Made by a program: the position numbers and the translations under genes
Shown here: positions 29,597-38,454 of the stretch, piece after piece
Layout: each line of letters opens with the position of its first letter
Numbering within the stretch: the stretch's first letter is position 1
The notes under the pieces: generated by a model
What the model was told of the DNA's origin: nothing
Database searches by the model: none
What the model saw: only the letters and a program-made list of their open reading frames with translations
Assembly (NCBI GenBank): GCA_963755125.1
Contig: CAVWIP010000006.1
Span: forward strand, 32,001-96,000
Direction: 5' to 3'
Source of the DNA: an uncultured delta proteobacterium
GTDB lineage: Bacteria > Myxococcota_A > Polyangia > Fen-1088
Length of the DNA stretch: 64,000 nt

Positions 29597-29959
29597 ATGG
29601 CGACACCGGACCCGGATGCAGAGCCAGAGACGCAAGGGGCAGGGGCGCCGCTGCATTCCCTGCGCCAGGTGCGCGCGGCTCAGCTCCGTGCGCGCGCGAC
29701 CCGCTGGGCTATCGGCAAGTCGGCGTTCGGGACCGTGTTCCTCATTGGCGCCTTGGCCTATGCTCTCGGGCCGGATCGGCAGCTGCCCTCGAGCCGACTG
29801 TGGATGGCGCTGCTGGTGGTGCTGTCGACCTTCAACGTGGGACTCGGGCTGCGCACCTTCTCGCGGGTGAGGCGCCGGGCCAGGCGCTTCTGGCTCGTCG
29901 CCACAATTCTCTGGGGCCTTCTGGCAACGGGTTTGTTGCGCATCCTGCTCGCGCGGTAG
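29597..29959 (+). CDS. Small membrane protein (3 TM)
   Basis: GAGG RBS and three hydrophobic segments. Confidence 0.7.
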   Translation: MATPDPDAEPETQGAGAPLHSLRQVRAAQLRARATRWAIGKSAFGTVFLIGALAYALGPDRQLPSSRLWMALLVVLSTFNVGLGLRTFSRVRRRARRFWLVATILWGLLATGLLRILLAR

Positions 29960-29961
29960 GA

Positions 29962-31251
29962 TCAGAAGGTCGTGAACGCCATCGCGCCCACACCGTCGGG
30001 CGAGAACACCGGGACGAACTGCAGCGAAGACCCACGGGCATCAGCAGTCGCGCCGGACGGACGCGCGAGGTACCCACGATAGAAGAACACGGCTGACGTC
30101 GCCAGCAGCGCGCCGCCAACCCCGTACCCGATCCATTGGTAGACTTGATACCTGTCGCCGTTGGACTTGGTCTGTTGCATCCAGGCGGCTATATTGTCAG
30201 GAACCGGGTCAGCTTGGGCTCCGCTGCTGTTGCAAAGACCTGTGGTCGAGACAGCGCCCGTAGACGTCTTGGTGCAGGGGAATCGCCGCCATGGATCGAG
30301 TTTGTTGTTGGCATCAATCACTAGAAGGCTGTAGCGGATCCCGACCGCGATTCCAGCCACGCCACCGGCCAGCGTGAGCCAGGCCCCAATCTGCGAGCCG
30401 GTTCGGCTTTCGCCCGCTCCGCTGCTGGTCACCTCTGTGGTCACGCTTTCGGTTGTCTCGGTGGCGCCTGCGGCGGCAGCCTCCGACCCGGGGCTTTCGG
30501 CCTTTGTCTTCTCCGCCGACGCTTCTGCCACCATCTCGATGGCAACGTCTCGGGTGTCGCCGGAACCCAGGGTGACGCTCTTGCTCGCCGCTGCATAGCC
30601 TGGCTTGGTCAGAGCGATCTCGTGCTTGCCCGCGGCCACGTTTGGGATGGTGAGCCCGCCTGACCCCATGACCCCGGTTCCGACCCCGTCGACGGCCACC
30701 GAGGCTCCCACCACCCCGCCCTGAATGCGGAGAGTGCCAGGCAAAGACTGGCCGGTCAGCGTCGCGACCCACTTCTGCACCGGTGCCAGCAGGGCTGATC
30801 CACTCGACTGCGCGCGACCAAGCTGATCCGCAGTCCACGATTCGACGACTTCCTTGTCGGCATCGAACAGCTTGAGCGTGACGTTGTAGGCGTCGGGACC
30901 GGCCTTCTTCAGCGAGCCGAAGATCAGGCGCGAGGCGCCCAGGCTCTTGGCAGCCTGGGCCATGCAGGCGGGCGCCTCGTCGGGACAAGAGAACACCAGC
31001 TTGACCTCGACGAGATCGCGGCCTTGAACCAGACGATAGCCGGGCAGCGTCGACATACGCTGGCGGAGCGCATCGCTGATCCCAGCGGCTGCCGAATCAG
31101 GCACGCCCTCGCTGGCCTCGAGGCCGAGAACCGCCACGGTGACGTTGTCCCCGGCGAGGACCTGGCCGCTGGAGAGGAAGAATGTGGCCGCTGCACCGAC
31201 GCCGGCCAGAAGAGACATCAGGGAAAGAGCCCAAGCCCGTGGATTCTTCAT
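29962..31251 (-). CDS. PEGA-domain exported/membrane protein
   Basis: Signal peptide, TVAVLGLE N-domain, PEGA (GASVAVDG...GKHEIALTKPGY), C-terminal hydrophobic segments ending in F. Confidence 0.8.
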   Translation of the reverse strand: MKNPRAWALSLMSLLAGVGAAATFFLSSGQVLAGDNVTVAVLGLEASEGVPDSAAAGISDALRQRMSTLPGYRLVQGRDLVEVKLVFSCPDEAPACMAQAAKSLGASRLIFGSLKKAGPDAYNVTLKLFDADKEVVESWTADQLGRAQSSGSALLAPVQKWVATLTGQSLPGTLRIQGGVVGASVAVDGVGTGVMGSGGLTIPNVAAGKHEIALTKPGYAAASKSVTLGSGDTRDVAIEMVAEASAEKTKAESPGSEAAAAGATETTESVTTEVTSSGAGESRTGSQIGAWLTLAGGVAGIAVGIRYSLLVIDANNKLDPWRRFPCTKTSTGAVSTTGLCNSSGAQADPVPDNIAAWMQQTKSNGDRYQVYQWIGYGVGGALLATSAVFFYRGYLARPSGATADARGSSLQFVPVFSPDGVGAMAFTTF

Positions 31252-31363
31252 ACAGAGATGATGTTTTCCCACGAGCCGTCCCTTGTCAATGATTAGGGCT
31301 TGCCGAGGGTCGGCTCGCTGGCAGCGCTTGACCGTGTTAGCGTATCCGCCGGCGGAAACCACC

Positions 31364-32887
31364 ATGCGGATCGGCGTCTCGGCCAAGATATTCCTCGCGT
31401 ACGCCGTCCTTCTGAGCGTGTTTGGTGCGAACAGTCTTTTCACCCTGCTCTATTTGCACCGCGGACGCCAGGAACTTGCGGCCAATCAGCGTCGGCTGGA
31501 GGTCCAGGTGGCTGTCGACGCCGCGCTGCGCTCACTGGAGGACTTCTCGCGCTCCCGCGCCAACGACAGCACGGGAGTTCCACAGGGCCTGACAAGCCGG
31601 GTGGCGGCACAGAATGGCATCGCCTCTGCGCGGCAGAACCTGCGTGATGCCCTGGCCGCCGTTGACCAGTATCTGAACGACGAACCCAATCCCCGGCGGC
31701 GTGACGAGTTCGAGGACTACCGCCGAGAGATCGTGGGGATGGAGGCGCGGGTTGTGGCGGTGGCTGCCGACCTGGGCGCCAGCGAGCCGACGGCGGGTGT
31801 GGATGCTGGCCATCAGGCCGAACGCAGCCTCGCGAATCTCTTGTCCACATTCCATCGGCTGAAGAGCAACCTGCGTGGCCGCGGCAACCAGATCGCCGCG
31901 GAACTTTCCAACGACGAGCGTCGCGCGGTGGATGCCGCCATGTTGCTGACGGGATTGGGCCTGGTGCTGGCAGTGGCGGCTGCTCTGCTGGTGCTGCGGA
32001 CCCTGTGGCCGCTGCGCGTGTTGCGCGAGCACGCGCGACAGATCGCGGGTGGCGACTACGGGCGCCGCACGGGCGTGCGCTCGCACGACGAGATCGGCGA
32101 TCTGGCCCGCGAATTCAATGCCATGGCTCACGCCATCGAGGAACGCGAGCACAAGCTGATTCGTTCCGAGCGTCTGGCTACTGTGGGTCGCATGGCGGCG
32201 CATATCACCCACGAGATTCGCAACCCGTTGGCATCGGTCGGGCTCTATCTGGAGCTGCTTTCCGACGAGGTTGGGGCAGAGAACCCGGAAGCCCGCCGTC
32301 TGGTCAAGTCGCTGTCGACCGAGGTCGACCGGCTGAGCGAGATCACGGAAACCTACCTGCGTTTCGTACGGTTGCCCAAACCCAAGCTCGAACGCGAGGA
32401 TCTTGGTGCACTGGCCAGCTCGGTGATGGAGTTTTCCCGCGGCGAGCTGTCCGCGGCCCGCATCGATCTGAATCTGGCCATCGCGTCCGGCCTGCCCGAG
32501 GTGGCAGCCGACGAGAGTCAGATCCGGCAGGCTCTGCTGAACCTGGTCCGCAACGCCAAGGAGGCCATGCCCGAAGGCGGGCGAATCCGCGTGGAGGTTG
32601 GCACGGTCGACTCAGGATGGGTGCGCCTGGCGGTCGGCGACAGCGGTCCGGGCATCAGCCCGGAGAATCTGGGCAAGATTTTCGATCCCTTCTTCTCCAC
32701 CAAGGAAAAAGGTACGGGCTTGGGACTAGCGCTCGTACAACAGATCGTGAGCGATCACGGCGGCCGCATAGAGGTGGATCTGCCCCCCGCGGGCGGAACC
32801 ATTTTCGCCATCTTACTGCCGCCAGCGGCGCATGCCGACCTCGCCCCGCCGGTCAGCCCGTCCGGCAGTATCACCCATGCGGTGTGA
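31364..32887 (+). CDS. HAMP-domain sensor histidine kinase
   Basis: 2 TM, HAMP (DEIGDLAREFNAM), H-box HEIRNPL, N box NLVRNA, DSGPGI, FFSTK, GTGLGL. Confidence 0.93.
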   Translation: MRIGVSAKIFLAYAVLLSVFGANSLFTLLYLHRGRQELAANQRRLEVQVAVDAALRSLEDFSRSRANDSTGVPQGLTSRVAAQNGIASARQNLRDALAAVDQYLNDEPNPRRRDEFEDYRREIVGMEARVVAVAADLGASEPTAGVDAGHQAERSLANLLSTFHRLKSNLRGRGNQIAAELSNDERRAVDAAMLLTGLGLVLAVAAALLVLRTLWPLRVLREHARQIAGGDYGRRTGVRSHDEIGDLAREFNAMAHAIEEREHKLIRSERLATVGRMAAHITHEIRNPLASVGLYLELLSDEVGAENPEARRLVKSLSTEVDRLSEITETYLRFVRLPKPKLEREDLGALASSVMEFSRGELSAARIDLNLAIASGLPEVAADESQIRQALLNLVRNAKEAMPEGGRIRVEVGTVDSGWVRLAVGDSGPGISPENLGKIFDPFFSTKEKGTGLGLALVQQIVSDHGGRIEVDLPPAGGTIFAILLPPAAHADLAPPVSPSGSITHAV

Positions 32888-32958
32888 CGGGCGCAGCAGC
32901 CAGACGCGACGCGGTACGATCGGGCCGCGGTCAGGTTTCTCAGGCAGGTCGACGACAG

Positions 32959-33756
32959 CTACCCGAGCATCACCGACTTCATTCCCCCGCTCGCGAACCG
33001 CACCAGCATGCTCGATCGCAGAACGGTTTCCACCTTGCCGCGGCCAAACTCCGGGTGCCAGATGACCTCGCCAACTTTGTAGCGTTCGCGTGGGTTGAAG
33101 GTGCGCACGTCGGCAACGTCGGCCAGCTCGCGGCCCAGAGCGCGCAGTTCTTCCGCCTTCTGCTCGGCTCTGCGTGCGGCCTCGGTTTCCTGGGGCGAAG
33201 CCGCGGGCGCAGAATCTTCGCTCGCAGAAACCCTGCGTGCCGGCGTTGTGCGGTAGTTGTGGCGGTTGCCGCAGGCCTGGCAGACGACTTGCTTGGGCGT
33301 CGCCCCGACCATGGCCACGATGTTGTGGGTCGTCAGTCCGTCACAGGGGCCGCACCAGGCGTCGACGTCGCCACCCACGCGGAACGCTCCCGCTGCCACG
33401 CCACCAAGCTGACTCTTGCTGCGCCAGGAAACCCCGGTGATTCGCCGTTCTTCGACCTCCGACGGACCGGAGCCGTGGCGATCGCCCGTCGATCCGGAGG
33501 CGATGGTGCCGATCCGGGGCAGTAGCGAGGCCAGGCGACGCAGGTCCGTGACCCGCCGTCCGAGCTTGCGTTCGATAAGCACGCGCTCGCCTTCCGGGAC
33601 ACCTGCGCAAAGATCGCGATAGTTCTGCGACAGGCGCTCGACGGCCAGGTGGGCGGAGGTCACCACGTCGCGTTCTTCGGTCCGCTCCTGGGCGGAGTGA
33701 ACCAGCAGCGCGACTTCTCGAATTTCTTCGGTCAAATTGTCCACGGTTGAACTCAT
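32959..33756 (-). CDS. Hypothetical protein with CxxC-CxxC Zn ribbon and C-terminal Tudor/SH3-like domain
   Basis: WCGPC...HNIVAM...VVCQACGNRHNYR; YKVGEVIWHPEFGRGKV...VRF..G.K. Confidence 0.75.
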   Translation of the reverse strand: MSSTVDNLTEEIREVALLVHSAQERTEERDVVTSAHLAVERLSQNYRDLCAGVPEGERVLIERKLGRRVTDLRRLASLLPRIGTIASGSTGDRHGSGPSEVEERRITGVSWRSKSQLGGVAAGAFRVGGDVDAWCGPCDGLTTHNIVAMVGATPKQVVCQACGNRHNYRTTPARRVSASEDSAPAASPQETEAARRAEQKAEELRALGRELADVADVRTFNPRERYKVGEVIWHPEFGRGKVETVLRSSMLVRFASGGMKSVMLG

Positions 33757-33849
33757 TTCTCTTCCTGGCCAGTTCCTCCCACGGACCCGGCGGGAAAACA
33801 ACTGACTAAGTGACCCGATGACGTCGCGTGGGGAGCCCGCCGGCTTTGC

Positions 33850-34024
33850 CCCCTGCGGGGACTTCGGGACGACCCGCCACCCTGCCCACCCCGCGCGCTT
33901 CGCGCGCGCCTTCGCCAGCGGCGCACCATCGCGGGAGGGCATGGCGAGGCCGAGCAAAGCGAGCGGGGAGGAGGTGGCAGATGGGGGGCCGAAGGGCGGA
34001 GCGAACCCTTTGAGGGTTCCCATG
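33850..34024. repeat. REP-like composite element, two inverted units (BIME-like)
   Basis: The left half matches 4877-4941 and the right half matches 22118-22212; the halves are partly reverse-complementary. Confidence 0.85.
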
Positions 34025-34096
34025 AGAAAGGTTGATTGCGTCGACGACAAAGGGCGTCTAACATTCGGGTCGATTTTCCCCTCGGAGCCATCAACA

Positions 34097-36289
34097 ATGC
34101 GTACCACGCCGATCGTTGTCGTCCTTGGTCTTGTTGCTTCACTGTCCTCGGCAGCCAGCGCGCAGATTGCGCCTCCGCCGGTCCCCGCTCCGGCGGTGCC
34201 GACGGCCAGCGCTCCAGCAGCCCCTCCGGTTGCAGCTCCTGCGGCTCCTGCGCCAGCGCCACTGCCGGTGGCAGCGCCTGCGCCGGTGCCGGCCGTCGCA
34301 CCCATGGCAGCGCCGAGCCCCGTCGCCATCACGCCTGCTGCCGTCGAAGGGGAAACCGATGACCGGCCACGCGGCTTCGCCCCGCAGAACTCGTTGGCGG
34401 GTTCAGTAGGCCTTCTGCGCATGGGCGCGGCCGAGGTCGGGCGCCTGTGGCAGCTTCGGCTGGGCCTCCACGGCGAGTACTTCAGCACGACCAAGATGTT
34501 GGTCGAAAACAGCGACCTCACGAATGGCGGGGATAGCAACACCCGCCTGCAGGGCGCGCTGACCTTCGGGCTCACGCCGCTCGATTTCATGGAGATCTTC
34601 GGCGCGGTGTTGGGTTCGGGCAACCGGAACACCCGCTGCCTCCAGGCCAGCCAGCCCCAGTGCGTTTCCGAAGCTGGCCGGACCGATCCTGACATCATCA
34701 AGGCGTTCGGCGACCTGATCCTCGGGACCAAGCTGGCCTATGCGCTGCCCAGCGGTTTCAGCCTGGGCGGCGAGCTGGGCTTGCGCTTCATGTCGTCGGT
34801 GAGTGGGCTGAGCTTCAGTGGCGATTCGACTTCGGTATGGATCAACGCCCTGGCGAGTTGGAACCTCCAGGCAGTGCAGCCCAAGTTGCCTCTTCGCGCT
34901 CACCTGAACGTGGGCGTCTATTTCGACAACTCCTACGACTTGGTCAACTACCCCGCTGGCACCACAATTGTATCGCGCTACGTTTCTTCCTTCGGATATG
35001 GCCTGGGCAAGGATCGCGTTCGGCTCGCCTTCGGTCTTGACGCCCCGTTGGCCGATCTGCTCGACGGACTGTCCTTGCGTCCGATAGCCGAGTATCACCT
35101 TGACTACATCTACGGCTCTGCGGACCCCAATTTCGCCGCCTACGGTGGCTCGTCGTGCGTGTCATCATCGACCTGGAGCTGCCGAGGCAACAGGGATCAG
35201 ATGTGGGTGACTCTGGGCCTGCAGGCTCAGGTGCTGCACAGCTTGACCCTCACGCTGGGGTTGGACTTGGAGTTGGAGTCTGTCGGCTACCCCTACGGCC
35301 CACCTCTGGCGCCGTGGAATTTCCTGTTTGGCGCCGCTGTCCCGCTGGACGTTCTGCCGCGGGTGGTGACGCGCAAGGTTCCCGTGGAGAAGGTGGTCGC
35401 CGCTGCGACCGAGGGCTTGGTGGCCGGCAAGGTGGTCAGCAGCCTCGGCACACCGGTGGACGGCGCGGTGATTGGTGTGACCGGGCGCGACCACTCGCGT
35501 GTCCTGGCCGAGGCGGACGGGACCTTCCAGAGCGTGCCACTGCCTCCTGGCCCGATGGAGTTGTTCGTGGTGGCCACCAACTACGAGAATGCGAACGCCA
35601 AGGTCGAGGTGGTGGCAGGACAAACGGCCAACGTGGCCATCACCATGACGCCGCGGGCTCCGGCGGGCAAGGTCACCGGCCGGGTGGTCGACGAGTCGGG
35701 TAAACCGGTGGTGGCCGCCGTGAAACTGGCTGGCCCGCAAATCGCCGAGGCCAAGAGTGACGATGCGGGCAACTTGTCGATCGGGATCCAGCCGGGGCAG
35801 TACGTGCTGCGCGTGGAGGCAGACCAGTACCTGAGCCGAGAGATGTCGGTTTCCGTGGTGGAAGGGGTGGACAACCCGCTCAACATTGTCCTGCGCTCGC
35901 GGCCGGCGGTTCCGGGAGTCGTCTTCAAGGACGGAAAGATCACCTTGCGCCAGCCCATCGCGTTCAAGGCGAATGGCAAGAAGCCCACGGCCCAGTTGGA
36001 ACCGGGCGCAACCCATGTTGTCGACGAGCTGATCGATCTGCTCATCAACCATCCCGAGATCCGGCAGATTCGCATCGAAGCCCACACCGACAATAGCCTG
36101 CCGCCACCCAAGGCGCAGGAACTCACCGACCAGCAAGCCCAGGCGATTGCCAACTACGTCAGCCAGCAAGGTGTGCCCAAGGACCAGGTGGTGGCCGCCG
36201 GCATGGGCAGCCAGAAGCCGCGCGTGCCCAACCTGGGCAAGGCTGGCAAGCTGAAGAATCGCCGGGTCGAGATCGTAGTCACGCAGTAG
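34097..36289 (+). CDS. Outer-membrane protein: beta-barrel + carboxypeptidase-regulatory-like repeats + OmpA C-terminal domain
   Basis: Signal peptide, Pro/Ala linker, beta-strand region, G.V.D..G.PV repeats, IEAHTD...NRRVEI. Confidence 0.88.
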   Translation: MRTTPIVVVLGLVASLSSAASAQIAPPPVPAPAVPTASAPAAPPVAAPAAPAPAPLPVAAPAPVPAVAPMAAPSPVAITPAAVEGETDDRPRGFAPQNSLAGSVGLLRMGAAEVGRLWQLRLGLHGEYFSTTKMLVENSDLTNGGDSNTRLQGALTFGLTPLDFMEIFGAVLGSGNRNTRCLQASQPQCVSEAGRTDPDIIKAFGDLILGTKLAYALPSGFSLGGELGLRFMSSVSGLSFSGDSTSVWINALASWNLQAVQPKLPLRAHLNVGVYFDNSYDLVNYPAGTTIVSRYVSSFGYGLGKDRVRLAFGLDAPLADLLDGLSLRPIAEYHLDYIYGSADPNFAAYGGSSCVSSSTWSCRGNRDQMWVTLGLQAQVLHSLTLTLGLDLELESVGYPYGPPLAPWNFLFGAAVPLDVLPRVVTRKVPVEKVVAAATEGLVAGKVVSSLGTPVDGAVIGVTGRDHSRVLAEADGTFQSVPLPPGPMELFVVATNYENANAKVEVVAGQTANVAITMTPRAPAGKVTGRVVDESGKPVVAAVKLAGPQIAEAKSDDAGNLSIGIQPGQYVLRVEADQYLSREMSVSVVEGVDNPLNIVLRSRPAVPGVVFKDGKITLRQPIAFKANGKKPTAQLEPGATHVVDELIDLLINHPEIRQIRIEAHTDNSLPPPKAQELTDQQAQAIANYVSQQGVPKDQVVAAGMGSQKPRVPNLGKAGKLKNRRVEIVVTQ

Positions 36290-36306
36290 TGACTTGCGAG
36301 CCGACG

Positions 36307-36437
36307 GTGGGGCGACCACCGCAGGTCGCCCCTTCCCGACGGCACGGCCGCGTTTGCTAGCTACGGCCCCCACGGACAGGACGGGAAGCTGGCATTGCGC
36401 GCGTGGCCGGCCGTAGGGGGTGCTCTGCGATCGCCTC
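36307..36437. repeat. GTAG-type REP-like hairpins between convergent genes (may act as terminator)
   Basis: GT-GGGGCGACC-N6-GGTCGCCCC perfect 9-bp stem, CTACGGCC...GGCCGTAG inverted pair, and a degenerate GTAGGGGGTG...CGCCTC unit. Confidence 0.5.
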
Positions 36438-36504
36438 ACACGAAGTGGGCCTGGCCGGACAGGCTAGCTCCGACCACGGCCACCACCGCCAGGGCGTGGT
36501 CTCG

Positions 36505-37077
36505 CTACTCGCGGCTCTTCAGGATGAGCAGGCGGTAGTTTGCGTACTCGGCCTGGCCGCAGGAGTAGAGGATCTCGGTCAAGAGACGGTAGGGCGTGTA
36601 CCGATCCGCGACGATGGTCAGCTCACCATCGAACTTCTGCCCGGTCATCTCCGCCACCTTCTTTTCCTTGCGCGCTACCCGGTTCAGTATCTCGACCAGG
36701 GGCGTGATGTAGTAACCGTTGTCGCCGTCGCGCTTGAGGGCCGGATCGATCTTTCCACTGTTGATGGGCGCCACTGGCTCGCCATCGACCAACACCACAC
36801 GCTTGGTGACCGTGACGGCGATCGCCTGCTTGGCGTTGAGTCGGCTGATCGACGACGGCAACATCATGTTCTGGTCCTGGTTGACCAGCAAGGCCGACGA
36901 GGTGAAGGTCTTGAGCAAGAACACCAGGATGATGGTCATCATGTCCATCATCGGGGTGATGTTCAGGCTGGTGATCTCCTCAGGCTCGGCCAGTTTGCGT
37001 GCGAAGGCGCGGACCGCCCGCTTGCCCTTGAGACGGTCCGACATTTCAGGCGCCGCGGGCATAGCCTGAGCGTCCAT
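36505..37077 (-). CDS. ExbD/TolR family protein
   Basis: LNITPMMDMMTIILVFLL TM with conserved Asp; ADR.TPY; TGATG overlap with the upstream gene. Confidence 0.9.
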   Translation of the reverse strand: MDAQAMPAAPEMSDRLKGKRAVRAFARKLAEPEEITSLNITPMMDMMTIILVFLLKTFTSSALLVNQDQNMMLPSSISRLNAKQAIAVTVTKRVVLVDGEPVAPINSGKIDPALKRDGDNGYYITPLVEILNRVARKEKKVAEMTGQKFDGELTIVADRYTPYRLLTEILYSCGQAEYANYRLLILKSRE

Positions 37078-37589
37078 CACAAGATCCCCGCTGCAAACAC
37101 GATGTCAGGGAAAAGCATGTGGCCATCCTTGTCCTCGCGCATGGCGTCCAGGGTCTTGATGACGATCTCATAGGCCGTCCCGGCGTCCGCGTTGAAGGTG
37201 GCCTTGGTCTCATCCTTGAACTGGTTCTTGACCTCGGTCAGCTTGGTGGTCAGGGCAACGTAGTCGTAGTCGCCAGTCGGCAGCTTGGGGATGGGTGGCA
37301 TGACGCCACCCGAACCGGCCAGCGTGAACCCCGAGTTGCCCACGGTCACGGTCAGGTTGAGGGTCGGCTTCTCTTCCGCGCCGCCGCCCCCACCGCCGCC
37401 GAAAGTTGGCGAAGAAGCGTTCACCGTTCCCAGCGGTACCTGATTCACCACCGAAGCGAGCAGGAAGATGATGATGTTGGTGACGATGTCCATGTACGGG
37501 ACAAGGTTGATCTCGCCGGTTTCCTCCTCGGCCTCCTCGAACTTCTCCTTCATCCGCCGCATGCGGGCCCGAACTTGACGTCTGGTCAT
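37077..37589 (-). CDS. ExbD/TolR family protein
   Basis: INLVPYMDIVTNIIIFLL; AD..TAYE.VIKTLDAMR. Confidence 0.9.
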   Translation of the reverse strand: MTRRQVRARMRRMKEKFEEAEEETGEINLVPYMDIVTNIIIFLLASVVNQVPLGTVNASSPTFGGGGGGGAEEKPTLNLTVTVGNSGFTLAGSGGVMPPIPKLPTGDYDYVALTTKLTEVKNQFKDETKATFNADAGTAYEIVIKTLDAMREDKDGHMLFPDIVFAAGIL

Positions 37590-37633
37590 CGCATGTCCAC
37601 CTGGTTGGTGTGTCCTTTGGCTAGGATGGGATA

Positions 37634-38284
37634 TTACTTAGCTGCCGGTGCCCCGGCGCCGCTATGGGCCGATTCCGCCAAGAGGTTTTCGAGCTTGAGC
37701 GAGAAAGCCTCGAGGTCGGCGGCCTGCCGCTTGGACATGGAGCCGAGGATGGCGTGCGCGATGATGCAGGTCACGGCGATACCCAGACCCATGGCCGTGT
37801 TGTTGAGTGCCTCGGAAATACCCTTGGCCAGGAGGCTGCTTCGCTCTTCTGGCTTGGCGGCAGAAACCGCGCCGAACGCTCGGATCAGACCGACAACGGT
37901 ACCCAGGAGGCCGACCAGGGTTGCGATATTCGCCAGCGACCAGAGCACCTGGACACGCTTCTTGAGCAGTGGAGTCACATCCACCAGCGACTCCTCGATG
38001 GCCTGTGCCACCGCGATCTCGCCGCGATGCACCCGTTGCAGCCCCGCCTTGGCGACCTGAGCCACCGGGGCGGAAGTCGCCGAGCACAACTTGACGGCCC
38101 GGTCCACGTTGTTGGCAAGCACGAGCTTGCGGATCTGCTCGAGGAAAGCGCGCGCATTCACGCTGCTCTTCAGGAGGAAGAAGATCAGACGGTCGATGAT
38201 CATGGCGAGCACGATGACCGAAACCGCCAGGTTGACGTACATGAGCGTTCCGCCCTGTTCTAGGAACTGCGCTAGTCCTTGCAT
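37634..38284 (-). CDS. MotA/TolQ/ExbB proton-channel protein (AglR-like arrangement with two TolR genes)
   Basis: ANIATLVGLLGTVVGLI..F, GISEALNNTAMGL; GGAGGA RBS. Confidence 0.92.
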   Translation of the reverse strand: MQGLAQFLEQGGTLMYVNLAVSVIVLAMIIDRLIFFLLKSSVNARAFLEQIRKLVLANNVDRAVKLCSATSAPVAQVAKAGLQRVHRGEIAVAQAIEESLVDVTPLLKKRVQVLWSLANIATLVGLLGTVVGLIRAFGAVSAAKPEERSSLLAKGISEALNNTAMGLGIAVTCIIAHAILGSMSKRQAADLEAFSLKLENLLAESAHSGAGAPAAK

Positions 38285-38388
38285 CTCATCCTCCGCGAGC
38301 CCCTCGGCCCGCCTGTGCGAGTCCGCGCGGGCGGGCTCGCAGCCAACAGCAACGTTTCTCTTGAATAAAATCTTCTACGACGGCCGCT

Positions 38389-38416
38389 ATCTTATCGGTC
38401 AGCCCCCCGGTGTCAA
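38389..38416 (-). promoter_or_regulatory. sigma70-type promoter for the tolQ-tolR-tolR operon
   Basis: TTGACA-N16-TAAGAT on the minus strand, about 100 nt upstream of ATG 38284. Confidence 0.6.
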
Positions 38417-38454
38417 GAGACGCGAGGCGCTAGCTGAAGATTCTTGTTGACCGA

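Noticed and set aside
33757..34731. Long extensions of ORFs 32959-34731 and 33818-36289
   Set aside because: They read through the repeat element and the opposite gene; better starts exist at 33756 and 34097.
34097..36289. TraB of the TraAB outer-membrane-exchange system
   Set aside because: Barrel and OmpA domains are present, but there are no thrombospondin type-3 repeats and no adjacent TraA-like gene.
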